From IMG/VR virus record IMGVR_UViG_3300023174_000068, positions 67,439 to 131,438 of that record: a stretch of 64,000 bases of DNA; one strand, 5' to 3'. This DNA comes from a virus. The notes beneath the pieces were generated by a model that was not told the DNA's origin, did no database searches, and was given only the letters and a program-made list of their open reading frames with translations. Below, piece by piece: positions 9,997 through 19,570 of the stretch (positions are counted from its first letter, which is position 1; the number at the start of each line of letters is the position of its first letter). The translations under genes were made by a program, and so were the position numbers.

Positions 9997-10944
9997 TTAT
10001 ATTCTTTCACCAGTTACTGGATCATAATTTAGAATCAGTAGTTCGACTCCTTTTTCGGCTTTGCCTTTTGACTCATGATTATTCCCACCGTTTGCGGAAC
10101 TTCTATTAACTTCCTTTTCAAACCAAAGATATTTATCTTTCGGTAATAACTCTTCTAAGAGTGGGAAATAATAGTATGATAATGACCATCTACTTTCAAT
10201 ACCTTTAATCAATTCTAAAAGTCTTCTGTGTGAGGCAGGTCCAAATACACCTTCTGCATCAGACCCATACCAGAAAAGCCTCTTAGCATCGTCTTCGCCC
10301 TTTGATTCGTCAAATCTAGCATAAGGAGGGTCTAAATAAATGTAAGTTTCTGGGCTATCCCATTTTAAGATTAGTTCTTGAAAATCAATATTGTTGAACT
10401 CGGTGATAGATTGTAGTTTCTGTGTATATTTATTTTTCTTTAATTTAGATATTAAAGATTCTAATTTAAGTTTATCCGTATCTTTTTTATACCCAGTAAA
10501 TCCACCGCCTCGTGGATAGACACTGGAAAAACTTGAAGTGATAAGAAATGCGTAAATTGCAGCTCTTTTAAAGTCACCCATTTCAAAGTCATTGTTGTCT
10601 AAAAAATCATTGTCTACATACTTTCTATAGATAGATTTATAGAAATCCCATTTTTTTTGGGGATCCGTTTCGGTTGTATTAAGAATTGTTTGTTTCAATT
10701 TTTCCAGAACATATAAAAACTTTTCCGGTTCAGCGCAACACTTCATTAGATTGACTTGGTGTCTATTTTTATCGTTATAAACCACATTTTCAAAATTTAA
10801 TGTATCATCGTCCATGTAGGTAGCAAAAGAACCCGAAAACGGCTCGAGGTAATTTTTGACACCTATTTTGGGTATTTTTTTGTTAATGAAGTCAATAAAA
10901 ACGGAAGAACTCTTTCCTCCAAAATAAGAAATAACAGCGCACAT
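9997..10944 (-). CDS. dam: DNA adenine methyltransferase (Dam/D12 class)
   Basis: YFGGKS, YLEPFSGS, VYNDKN, IYLDPPY, ELLILNY. Confidence 0.85.
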   Translation of the reverse strand: MCAVISYFGGKSSSVFIDFINKKIPKIGVKNYLEPFSGSFATYMDDDTLNFENVVYNDKNRHQVNLMKCCAEPEKFLYVLEKLKQTILNTTETDPQKKWDFYKSIYRKYVDNDFLDNNDFEMGDFKRAAIYAFLITSSFSSVYPRGGGFTGYKKDTDKLKLESLISKLKKNKYTQKLQSITEFNNIDFQELILKWDSPETYIYLDPPYARFDESKGEDDAKRLFWYGSDAEGVFGPASHRRLLELIKGIESRWSLSYYYFPLLEELLPKDKYLWFEKEVNRSSANGGNNHESKGKAEKGVELLILNYDPVTGERI

Positions 10945-11022
10945 TTTATTTAAATTTAGTTAAGGTTTATTTTATATTCTAAAAATTAATATTGTTTCTT
11001 TTTTTGAGTAGACCACAATTTG

Positions 11023-11523
11023 CTACAACTGGTCTTCTAGTGAGGGTCTTGTTTTTTTAATCAGTTCTAATCTAACTTTCATTAAAATTTTACCTAAATT
11101 ATTCTCACCACTGTTGCCGCATTTTAGGCAATTACAATTTCCCCAAAAATTATCATGCCACCAGTTTTCTTCGACTAGTTCAAAACCACCAGTGTCAATT
11201 AGTTGTTGGGCTAAAGATTCATCAGAGAACTTTTGTGTTATTGCTAAATTCATAAAATCTAATTTTTTTTCACCCCAATCTGTTCGGAGTTTGACTCTTT
11301 GTCCTATTTTTTTAACATCTTGGGCTAGTGGAATTTTTGAAATAAGTTCTCGTAAATCCGGAGCAGTGTAGTATTTTCCATCTATAAATTGCAGGGTGTT
11401 TACTTTTAGGGCAACATAGAAGTGCTCTACAGATGGGTAAATGATTCCTTGGTGTTCTATTTTACACGGGTAGAAATTAGAAAGAAAGTAATATCGACCT
11501 TGAAATTTCGTTATCTTTGACAT
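11023..11523 (-). CDS. NADAR family protein (YbiA-like)
   Basis: FLSNFYP, YPSVEHFY, RTDW, QKFS, LVEENWWHDNFWG, GENNLGKILMKVR. Start revised to MSKITKF because the longer ORF overlaps the tmRNA. Confidence 0.85.
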   Translation of the reverse strand: MSKITKFQGRYYFLSNFYPCKIEHQGIIYPSVEHFYVALKVNTLQFIDGKYYTAPDLRELISKIPLAQDVKKIGQRVKLRTDWGEKKLDFMNLAITQKFSDESLAQQLIDTGGFELVEENWWHDNFWGNCNCLKCGNSGENNLGKILMKVRLELIKKTRPSLEDQL

Positions 11524-11546
11524 ATAGATTATATATTGTAAAAAGT

Positions 11547-11571
11547 AAAAGTCCACTCTAAGTGGACTTTT
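11547..11571 (-). terminator. terminator downstream of the tmRNA
   Basis: AAAAGTCCACT-ct-AAGTGGACTTTT inverted repeat right after the tmRNA CCA. Confidence 0.7.
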
Positions 11572-11575
11572 CAAT

Positions 11576-11942
11576 TGGTGGAGATGACGTTGCACTGCCC
11601 AACGTGTCTTCTTTAGTTGATAATAACTATTCGTTCACAAGCTTAGTCACTTTTTCTAAAGTGGCAAAATAGATGGTTTTTTTGAAAAAACTTCTAAAAA
11701 CTAACAAAAACCGGTTCCAAATTTACTGTCTGGTTCAGTTGTAGATTTTTTACAATTAAGCAAATTGTAGCTCTTCTACTTTGAGCAGGTTGTTTTGTAG
11801 GGCCGCTACTAAATCTTCACGAGTTCCTACTTGATTTGTGTTGCCATTTACGACAGTGTTATCTAATTTATTAGTCGGATATTTAACAAGCCGACACTTG
11901 CATAAAAACCACCACACTACGAATCTATTCTATGACATCCCC
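11576..11942 (-). ncRNA. ssrA: tmRNA (one-piece), predicted tag GNTNQVGTREDLVAALQNNLLKVEELQFA*
   Basis: 5' GGGGATG pairs with 3' CATCTCC-ACCA and has the G3:U70 alanine determinant; T-arm ACGTTG-GGCAGTG-CAACGT; 367 nt; tag frame 11845-11756 after GTAAAT. Confidence 0.9.
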
Positions 11943-11990
11943 AAATGTGTTTCAATTTATATATCATATATTACAAACCAAAAAAAGTTG

Positions 11991-12545
11991 TTAAAAAGGA
12001 AGTCTGCTAGAATTGCTTTCATCACCTATATAGAATTCAAAAACAAGAACCCCGGTAGAAGCACTTTGCCAAATATCAAAATCACACTCGTATTCAGATA
12101 GAACATCTTTTTTAAGTTTGTTAGCCACATCTAAAGCCGAAATAACGGCTTTAAGCGTTGTCGTTTTTGGCAAATGGCATTCTATAATAATTTCTTCGTG
12201 TTTTTTTGATGTCACTCTGACGTCTTTTAATCCGGCGTTTCTAAACATTTGTCTAAGTAGTGAGTGTAGGTTTTCTAAATCGTCTTTGTCATCTTCTTCG
12301 TAATCTGAGTAATCGTCGTAATCGTTATCTGAATTAAACTTAGGATTGGAAGATTTACCTAATTTCTCAAAATCGCTCTCATCATACCAATCATCGTAGT
12401 AACCATAATCTTTTGTAGAATCGTCTTCATAATCATACCCACCTTTGTCATTTTGGTTATTAGCAGGTAGATCATCGTTTAAGTGACTCAGGTCATCTTT
12501 TCGAATAGCCTCTTTAATAAATGTATTAAATTGTTTAATTTTCAT
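11991..12545 (-). CDS. acidic hypothetical protein with a CTS-like N-terminus
   Basis: MKIKQFNTFIKE; D/Y-rich N-terminal half. Confidence 0.6.
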   Translation of the reverse strand: MKIKQFNTFIKEAIRKDDLSHLNDDLPANNQNDKGGYDYEDDSTKDYGYYDDWYDESDFEKLGKSSNPKFNSDNDYDDYSDYEEDDKDDLENLHSLLRQMFRNAGLKDVRVTSKKHEEIIIECHLPKTTTLKAVISALDVANKLKKDVLSEYECDFDIWQSASTGVLVFEFYIGDESNSSRLPF

Positions 12546-14035
12546 TATTTTAATTCTATTTTAAGGTATGTTTTGTCGAATGAACAAGCATCTGACAATT
12601 TATATTTTGTTAAAATATCCTGGATATTAGCAATACCCATATATACATAATCTAAATTTGGTTCTTCTAAGTCTATTCTAATAAAAACTTTATCCAACTC
12701 ACCAATCACTTTTACTTCAAGCACCGATTTACTCTTTTTTATTTCGCTGATTAAGTCTTTATATTTAGCTAAAATCTCTTGATTAAAACCTACTTTTCTA
12801 ACGGTAGGTAATGAGTCCCAATCTACTTTGGTTGAAGCTATGGCTAACTTTTCTAAGAATGTTATATTTATCATCTCAGAATTTCTGTGTTCGTTATAAT
12901 ATCCAACTGATATGTTAGTGCATTCGGCAATATCGTCCATAAAAGACGCCGAATCAGTGTAGACTCCGGTAGTATCAAGTGACAAACTGACTCCACCTTT
13001 TGAGAATTCTTTAGCCAGAGCTTGTCCAAACTCGTTAGAACAGCACTGTCTACCTAATTGATGTGTGATAACCGAAGTAGTTCTCCTTCTATCAAAAGAA
13101 ACGCATCTTTTAATATTCTGTAGGTAATCAACGCTGGTAAAAATACCAGAAAGAGCATTTGAGCCAATTCCTCCTCTTTCTTCGCCTATAAAAAAGTAAT
13201 ATAAACCTGGGACATTATTTGCAATCATATATAACATAACCGTTGTGCCAGCTTTGTCGTCTGCTCCAAGTATTGACTTACCATCTGTATGTATGATTTC
13301 ATCACCAGATCCAGTTTTTATAAGCCTAAAAGAATATCCTTCTTCGCTAACTCTACCTCTGACAGATAGTAAGTTTATATCAACTTGCTCTCTATCTGCT
13401 GTATCTAAGTGACAGGTAAACATAGTTTGTGGATTACTCGGACCAACTATCTTGTAGTAATTTCCAATTTCATCTCTTTTAAGATCACTTGGTAAAAACT
13501 GCAACACCTCTTTTTCATGTCTACAATCTGGAAAGTGTGGGTATGTTTTTGTAGTAAGTGATATAAATGTTCTACGAACATCTTTTGGTGTAAAAGAGAA
13601 ATTTGGAACTTCAATTTTTTCAGACTTTATTTGTTCACCAGAGTCTCCTTCATATGCGAGTTCATTGTACAGTGTGATAAAATCTCTTATATCTGCTTCG
13701 GTAAATAGGCTTGGCCAGTAGTATCTTAAAAATTTTCCAATTTTCATATCATATTTTTTGTCTTCTACAGTCACTAAAAAGCAAAAAGGTTTAGTCGACA
13801 CATCAACGTAAGAAATTCCAAGTCCATTAAAATATTTAGAAGTAGGTTCACCCAGCCACATCATTTCAAAGGCTAAGTATTCATTATTTTCTTCCATTGT
13901 AATAAGAATTTCTTCTAATTTTTTAGAATATACAATTCTTGGTGGTATCCCTTTGCCGAAGCCAAAGTTTTTGTCATTAGGGGCGATAGATTGTGTTGCT
14001 GATTCGAAAAATTGTCCGAACTTAAATAATTTCAT
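12545..14035 (-). CDS. M28/M20-family zinc peptidase with N-terminal extension
   Basis: TCHLDT, LGADDKAG, GEERGGIGS, SFDRR, YTDSASF, NISVGYYNEH. Confidence 0.8.
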   Translation of the reverse strand: MKLFKFGQFFESATQSIAPNDKNFGFGKGIPPRIVYSKKLEEILITMEENNEYLAFEMMWLGEPTSKYFNGLGISYVDVSTKPFCFLVTVEDKKYDMKIGKFLRYYWPSLFTEADIRDFITLYNELAYEGDSGEQIKSEKIEVPNFSFTPKDVRRTFISLTTKTYPHFPDCRHEKEVLQFLPSDLKRDEIGNYYKIVGPSNPQTMFTCHLDTADREQVDINLLSVRGRVSEEGYSFRLIKTGSGDEIIHTDGKSILGADDKAGTTVMLYMIANNVPGLYYFFIGEERGGIGSNALSGIFTSVDYLQNIKRCVSFDRRRTTSVITHQLGRQCCSNEFGQALAKEFSKGGVSLSLDTTGVYTDSASFMDDIAECTNISVGYYNEHRNSEMINITFLEKLAIASTKVDWDSLPTVRKVGFNQEILAKYKDLISEIKKSKSVLEVKVIGELDKVFIRIDLEEPNLDYVYMGIANIQDILTKYKLSDACSFDKTYLKIELK

Positions 14036-14051
14036 AGAGTATATATTAAAT

Positions 14052-14627
14052 TTAAATATAGATTATATTTCTGTTGATAGTGTCTATGAAAGCCCTGCCT
14101 GTTGCGGGTTTATTACTTTCAATAAAATCAACATCTTCATCGTTTAATGATTTGTTAGATAATTCTCTTATTTTTGTCAAAATTTCCTGGTTTGGTGTAG
14201 TTGAAACATTTTTAGAATAACACCACACTATTGGGGTGTTTGATTGACTTTTTGCTTTACTATTTTTCTTAGCAATTTCTGCCGCTCTTTTTAACACAAA
14301 CTCTGGTATTATGTCATCTTTTAGTGCCTTAACAAGAACGTGGCTACCAGGAAATCCAGCGGCATGCAACCAAATATCTTTTTCACTGGGGTAGACACCA
14401 CCTATTGGGTTAGCATTAGTGCCACAAAATTTTGACGTTAGAAAGTGATTTGATTCTTTGTTTCTACCCCAATAAACATCATAGATGTTATTTGGATTAA
14501 ATTCGTCTACAATTTTTTGATGTTTAATATCAACGTTATTTTTTTGTAATTCTTTTAACTGAATTGATATTAAATTTTCTAAAACTTGGTTTTTTGAAAA
14601 GTTATGAAACTTCTTTATTTTTTTCAT
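14052..14627 (-). CDS. NFACT RNA-binding (NFACT-R/DUF814) domain protein
   Basis: GRNKESNHFLT, DIWLHAAGFPGSHVLVK, AAEIAKKNSKAK. Confidence 0.8.
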   Translation of the reverse strand: MKKIKKFHNFSKNQVLENLISIQLKELQKNNVDIKHQKIVDEFNPNNIYDVYWGRNKESNHFLTSKFCGTNANPIGGVYPSEKDIWLHAAGFPGSHVLVKALKDDIIPEFVLKRAAEIAKKNSKAKSQSNTPIVWCYSKNVSTTPNQEILTKIRELSNKSLNDEDVDFIESNKPATGRAFIDTINRNIIYI

Positions 14628-14654
14628 AGATTATATATTAAATTATTTAAAAAC

Positions 14655-14682
14655 AAAAAAGACCCATTAATGGGTCTTTTTT
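14655..14682 (-). terminator. terminator after the major capsid gene
   Basis: AAAAAAGACCCATTAATGGGTCTTTTTT perfect inverted repeat. Confidence 0.75.
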
Positions 14683-14705
14683 GTAAGTTTTAAGTAGTAG
14701 AACTA

Positions 14706-16403
14706 TTAGTTCAAGTACTGACCAGCGTCAGTAACTTGGATAGTCATAAACTGTTTTTGTGGGAACCAACCAACTTCTGTTACAGCATATCTTGATCTCA
14801 ATAACATTCTTGGAGCAAATGTAGCTTCAGAGATGATAGAGATTGATTGTGCCATCAAGTAAGGAACGAAGATGATACCTGGTTGATCAGGATTGTTCTT
14901 TCTTCCTAAAACGATTCTGTTGTCGTTATATCTCATATAAGGGTCAACGTAGATAGAAATATCACCGATTGAACCTACTGGGTATAATTGACCAGAAGCA
15001 TTCATTTTTGATTTAACAGGGTTAATAGTATATCCAGCGATATCAGAAAGAGCAGCAGCAAGACCTCCATTTGTGATAAGGTATTGAGCAGGACCTACAC
15101 GACCTTCAGTAGCGATGAAGTTAGAAGCGTGAACAATCTTAGTGATAAGTTTTCTCTGAACCGCGTGAGTTGTTTCACCACCAACCGCAGATACATAAGT
15201 TGTATCTAAGTCGAAGATAGGATTACCAGAACCATTTAATGGAGCTGATGTTCTGTTCAAAGTTCCTAATTCGAAGATTTTAGCAACGATTTGTTTTGAA
15301 ATTGTTTGAGACAATTCGTTAACAAGAATAGATTCCATTTTTTGAACGATATCCATACCTGTGTTAGCTTTAATATCTTCGATTTCGGTTCTTCTAAGTG
15401 CTGAAGATACTTCGATAGTACCAACTGCTACAGTTTTAGAAGAAATTTTAGGACCGATAACTCCAGCATAGCTGTCATCATCCATACCTCTATCCATTGG
15501 ATACTGTCCGTTAAATCCTGAACCATACTGAGCCCAGTTAGCAGAGAATCCAGGGATGTGGTCTTCAAGAGCCGAAACTAAATCAACTGATGGACTTTGA
15601 CCACTCAATGATACACCACAAATTGATGTAATTTGAGAAACCATAGAAGCAACTGAAGTAAAGGTGTTTCTAGTTTGGTCGAAAGCGAAAACAGATCCAG
15701 CAGAACCAACTGCAGTGTGAGCAGTGTTGAACTGTCTGAAAGCTCTAAACATTGGGAATCCGTCGATTCTTGAGAATCCTAAAAACTCAACGATACCTTG
15801 TTTAGATGCGGTCGCGTTTAGGGTTTGTGAAATAGTAGCACCCAATCCTGTAACACCAGTCGTGTTAATTGAATAATAGAATGGTCCATTTTGTAAACCT
15901 CCTGTTGATTGGTTGATAGAAGCACCACTACCAGTCAACATTGCAGATTTAATAGCACTGATGTTTGTAGCATTCAATTTGAATACTTGTGGTCTTTCAT
16001 CTGCGTTACCATCTCTTGTATCATCATAACGGAAGTCGATGAAAAGAAGGTCGATTTTCGGACCTGGTGTTGGTTTAACAGCAACAAGGTCAAGACCGAT
16101 TGTTTGAGCTGCAATTTTCATCGCAACTGGAAGTAGGTTTTGACCTACATCACCCGAACCAGCAGCTCCGGTCCAGTTAGCACCTTGAATGGTACCTGTT
16201 GGGTTATTAAGACCAACTACAGGGTTAAGGACAGCACCCATACCTGTAACGTTAGAAGCGTTTACATAAGCATTCTCGTTGATTGAGTGGAACTCAGCAT
16301 ATTCTGACATCCATTCTACTCTATCACCTTCAACTCCCATGTTTTCCAAAACTGGAGACCACTTCTTAATAGCTTTTTGTTTGTCTATTCTAATGTGTGA
16401 CAT
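14706..16403 (-). CDS. major capsid protein, gp23-like
   Basis: KKWSPVLE N-terminus, IGLDLVAVKP, ELSQTISKQIV, VYVDPY-like IYVDPY, GIIFVPY, TFAPRMLLRSRYAV; strongly biased codon usage. Confidence 0.9.
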   Translation of the reverse strand: MSHIRIDKQKAIKKWSPVLENMGVEGDRVEWMSEYAEFHSINENAYVNASNVTGMGAVLNPVVGLNNPTGTIQGANWTGAAGSGDVGQNLLPVAMKIAAQTIGLDLVAVKPTPGPKIDLLFIDFRYDDTRDGNADERPQVFKLNATNISAIKSAMLTGSGASINQSTGGLQNGPFYYSINTTGVTGLGATISQTLNATASKQGIVEFLGFSRIDGFPMFRAFRQFNTAHTAVGSAGSVFAFDQTRNTFTSVASMVSQITSICGVSLSGQSPSVDLVSALEDHIPGFSANWAQYGSGFNGQYPMDRGMDDDSYAGVIGPKISSKTVAVGTIEVSSALRRTEIEDIKANTGMDIVQKMESILVNELSQTISKQIVAKIFELGTLNRTSAPLNGSGNPIFDLDTTYVSAVGGETTHAVQRKLITKIVHASNFIATEGRVGPAQYLITNGGLAAALSDIAGYTINPVKSKMNASGQLYPVGSIGDISIYVDPYMRYNDNRIVLGRKNNPDQPGIIFVPYLMAQSISIISEATFAPRMLLRSRYAVTEVGWFPQKQFMTIQVTDAGQYLN

Positions 16404-16456
16404 AATTTTTTTTATTTTTTTTTATTATCTATAGAAGCCCAATTGAGACTTTTAGA

Positions 16457-18550
16457 TTAAATGTTTTTGAATCTTTCTAAGATAGCCTTAGCTTCTCCGT
16501 CTGAAATTTTATCCTCTTGGATTAACATTTCATGAGAAACTAATTGTTTCGTATAAGATTCATTTTTTTTGAGATTTCTAGTAGACCAGAAATGCTCAAC
16601 TTGTGATTCAGTCATTAGGACTTCAGCAGGATACAATCTAGCCTGTGAAAGGATAGATTTTTTGCTTGAGTCTGTTAACTGTTCCCAGATTGGCTTAATG
16701 TTTTCAGGCATCAATCTGATAACTCTTTCTTCAAGAGATTCATTTTTAGTTGACAGTGCTTCTGCGATTAGAGTTAGAACTTCTTTCTGAGAGAAATAGC
16801 TTCTTTCGTTTATGTGAAGTTTAACAGATTCTTGTTCTTCGTCAGATAGTGCGTAGAAACTGTCTACTTGTGACTTGTTTAAGAACTTCAAGAAGTTCAA
16901 ATCAGTCGATTCAGAAACTTTTCGTTTTTTAGCTTCTTCAATAAGTTTATTTATAGATTCTGATAATTCAGAATCGTCTTTTCCGGATACGTTATAATCA
17001 TTTTCTTTTTCTTCCTCTTTTTCTTCCTCTTTTTCTTTATTATTCCAAGCTTCTTTGTTTTTTGAAGGAATTCCATTATATTCTTTTTCTTCCTCTTTTT
17101 CTTCTTCTTTTTCTTTTTCTTCTTCTACGTTTTCAAAACCAACAGCTGATAAAGAAGGAAACTCATGTGCCATTCCGCCATTTTCGAAAAGTCTTTCACT
17201 ATTAGAATTTAACTTTTCAACAATCATACCTTGATAAGAGATTGATTTATCAAGATTTTCAGCGATATATTCAGAATAAGCGATGTTATCATCTAAATGC
17301 TCTGCGATATACTCGGAGTAAGCGATATTGCCTTCAACGTGTTCTGCTAAGTATTCAGAGTAAGCAATTGAATTATCAAGGTGTTCTGCGATATATTCAG
17401 AATAAGCAATGTTTTTGTCTAAGTTTTCAGCAATATATTCAGAATAAGCAATATTTTTGTCTAAGTTTTCAGCGATATACTCAGAGTAAGCAATGTTTTT
17501 GTCTAAGTTCTCTGCTAAGTATTCAGAATAAGAGATGTTTTTGTCTAAGTTTTCAGCGATGTACTCAGAATAAGAAATGTTTTTGTCTAAGTTTTCTGCT
17601 AAGTATTCAGAATACTCGATATTTTTGTCTAAGTTCTCTGCAACATATTCAGCGTAATTGATGGCTTTTTCAAGATTTTCTGCTAAATAATCATTGTGTT
17701 TAACTAACTTTTCTGTAGTAGACTTAAGAGACTTGTTCTCGTTAACAACAACTTGGATTTTTTCAGCTAAGTAGTCTAAATATTTTACAACTTGTGAGTT
17801 AGTGTTGTTTAATTCTTCATAGTATTCTAACAACTGTTCCATTTTTTTAGGTGTTAGATTACCTTTTGATAAAGCAGTTTTAACTTCTTTTTTAGTTGAA
17901 GCTAATTCGTTAACTAAATACTGCGAATAATCAGTCAACTGTTTTTTGGTGACAAAATCGTTTGTGTTCATATTAAATAATTCATTTATTTTTGACTCGT
18001 CGGACATTTCATATATCCTAAAGTTGGTATTTTCTCTGAATCCCAAAGATTCATTAAGTGGTTTAACGGTCATTTTAGCTGAAGCAAATCCTGGATCAGC
18101 CACTATATCATAAGTAAATAATTTTTTCAGAGACACTGAACCATCAGATTCTGTCACACCGGCGGCTCTTGACGATACGAAAACAGGACATCCATCATCA
18201 ACTAACGCTCTGGCTTCTCTACCCCAATAAGTAGTAAGTAATCTAATCTCGCCCTCTACTTTATTGGCTTCTTTGACGTAATTAACTTTTTCGATTATGT
18301 GAGAAGCTCTAGCCAAAGAGGTATCAAAAACATCTGGGTGATCAAATTCTCCATAAACAGCACCTAAAGTGCTCATTCTTTCCTTTAACTCTTCAAGAGC
18401 AGGTATGAATTTATCAGCAGTGTAGATTCTCTCATTCCTGTTCTTAATCCCAAATTCAGTGAAAGTTCCACCTAAAACGTATTCTTTTTTTGAGGAATTT
18501 TCTCTGATAAGAGATGATGTTGAGTTTTCAACTATTAAAACTGGTTTCAT
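16457..18550 (-). CDS. prohead protease (gp21-like) fused to a scaffold-like coiled-coil region
   Basis: KNRNERIY, GEFDHP, ASHII, VSSRAAG, TYDIVADPGF in the first ~170 aa, then 14-aa repeats and an acidic linker; lies upstream of the capsid gene. Confidence 0.85.
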   Translation of the reverse strand: MKPVLIVENSTSSLIRENSSKKEYVLGGTFTEFGIKNRNERIYTADKFIPALEELKERMSTLGAVYGEFDHPDVFDTSLARASHIIEKVNYVKEANKVEGEIRLLTTYWGREARALVDDGCPVFVSSRAAGVTESDGSVSLKKLFTYDIVADPGFASAKMTVKPLNESLGFRENTNFRIYEMSDESKINELFNMNTNDFVTKKQLTDYSQYLVNELASTKKEVKTALSKGNLTPKKMEQLLEYYEELNNTNSQVVKYLDYLAEKIQVVVNENKSLKSTTEKLVKHNDYLAENLEKAINYAEYVAENLDKNIEYSEYLAENLDKNISYSEYIAENLDKNISYSEYLAENLDKNIAYSEYIAENLDKNIAYSEYIAENLDKNIAYSEYIAEHLDNSIAYSEYLAEHVEGNIAYSEYIAEHLDDNIAYSEYIAENLDKSISYQGMIVEKLNSNSERLFENGGMAHEFPSLSAVGFENVEEEKEKEEEKEEEKEYNGIPSKNKEAWNNKEKEEEKEEEKENDYNVSGKDDSELSESINKLIEEAKKRKVSESTDLNFLKFLNKSQVDSFYALSDEEQESVKLHINERSYFSQKEVLTLIAEALSTKNESLEERVIRLMPENIKPIWEQLTDSSKKSILSQARLYPAEVLMTESQVEHFWSTRNLKKNESYTKQLVSHEMLIQEDKISDGEAKAILERFKNI
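17240..17690 (-). repeat. about 10-11 tandem 42-bp repeats coding AENLDKNIAYSEYI
   Basis: Visible in both DNA and protein. Confidence 0.9.
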
Positions 18551-18723
18551 TTAAAATAATTATTTTTGTGGTTTGATATTATATATTGATATATACTGGG
18601 CCTTATTTTACAGAGGTGGATTTTTTATAGCAAACGAAAACCCTTATTGTCATAAAGTTCTACTTAACATTAGATAAGAAAGATTTGAAAATTTTATAAA
18701 TAAAAAAAATTACTGGATTTTTT

Positions 18724-19113
18724 ATGATTTTAACCAGAGAGATAGAGGTAAGAATAACTGAGTCAAATTTTTCCTATTATGAGGACTTAGGTTATGAAGT
18801 GTTCATCGGTGAAGAACTGGTCATACCTACCGAATTATTATCAAAGGGTTCTCATTATAGAATAATATGTAAGTGTGATACCTGTGGTATTCAAAAAGAG
18901 GTGATTTTTAAGAATTACATTAAATATAACAATAACTGGGGTGAATATTTTTGCAGAAAGTGTTCGGAACATAAAAGAAAAAAAACACTCAGAAAAAACT
19001 TAGGCGTAGATTATCCTATACAAAATGAAAAGGTAATGGATAAAATGAAAAAAACTATGGTCAATAAATATGGTGTTGATAATATCTCTAAACGAGAAGA
19101 AAAGAATGAATGA
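18724..19113 (+). CDS. zinc-ribbon protein resembling the N-terminal part of phage homing endonucleases
   Basis: CKCDTC...CRKC; KKTLRKNLGVDYPIQ and KKTMVNKYGVDN repeats; no nuclease domain. Confidence 0.55.
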   Translation: MILTREIEVRITESNFSYYEDLGYEVFIGEELVIPTELLSKGSHYRIICKCDTCGIQKEVIFKNYIKYNNNWGEYFCRKCSEHKRKKTLRKNLGVDYPIQNEKVMDKMKKTMVNKYGVDNISKREEKNE

Positions 19114-19120
19114 ATGAATT

Positions 19121-19570
19121 TTGAATATGCAAAGAGAAATCGAATTTGATGTGGATTGTTTCGATTTAAAACTCGAAAATTATCAATTGTTCTTATCAAA
19201 GTTTGACGAATGGGTCAATGCCAAAAGAGAAATAAATTTAAACTTTATACTAAAACCCGAGAAAAAATTAGAATTTGAAGTCGAGTTAGATAATAGTTCT
19301 TCTGTTTATCATGTTGGTTTCTATGAAAACCCACTTTATACAAACACTGTTCTATTACAAAAATCAGCAGCTGTGATATCTAGTTTTAAGTTTATACTAA
19401 ACAATAATTCAATAGAATCTCTAGTATTGAAATTAAATCCATTAACCACTAATTGGGGTAAAGTTCTAAGCGATATGGTAACATCATTAAACAAACCAAA
19501 ACTTCAACAACAAATAGCAGACGGACAAGTAATCAACTTTTATTTTTTAATAAATAAAAGTGGCACATGA
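19121..19570 (+). CDS. hypothetical protein
   Basis: 149-aa ORF in an operon-like run. Confidence 0.5.
   Translation: MNMQREIEFDVDCFDLKLENYQLFLSKFDEWVNAKREINLNFILKPEKKLEFEVELDNSSSVYHVGFYENPLYTNTVLLQKSAAVISSFKFILNNNSIESLVLKLNPLTTNWGKVLSDMVTSLNKPKLQQQIADGQVINFYFLINKSGT

Noticed and set aside
11524-12101. N-terminal extension of NADAR to 11595 and the plus-strand ORF 11838-12101
   Set aside because: Both overlap the tmRNA or its terminator; NADAR has a better start at 11523 with a promoter motif
17242-17661. Plus-strand repeat ORF, or 42-bp repeats as a CRISPR array
   Set aside because: Antisense to the protease-scaffold repeats; no unique spacers; variation is mostly synonymous on the minus strand
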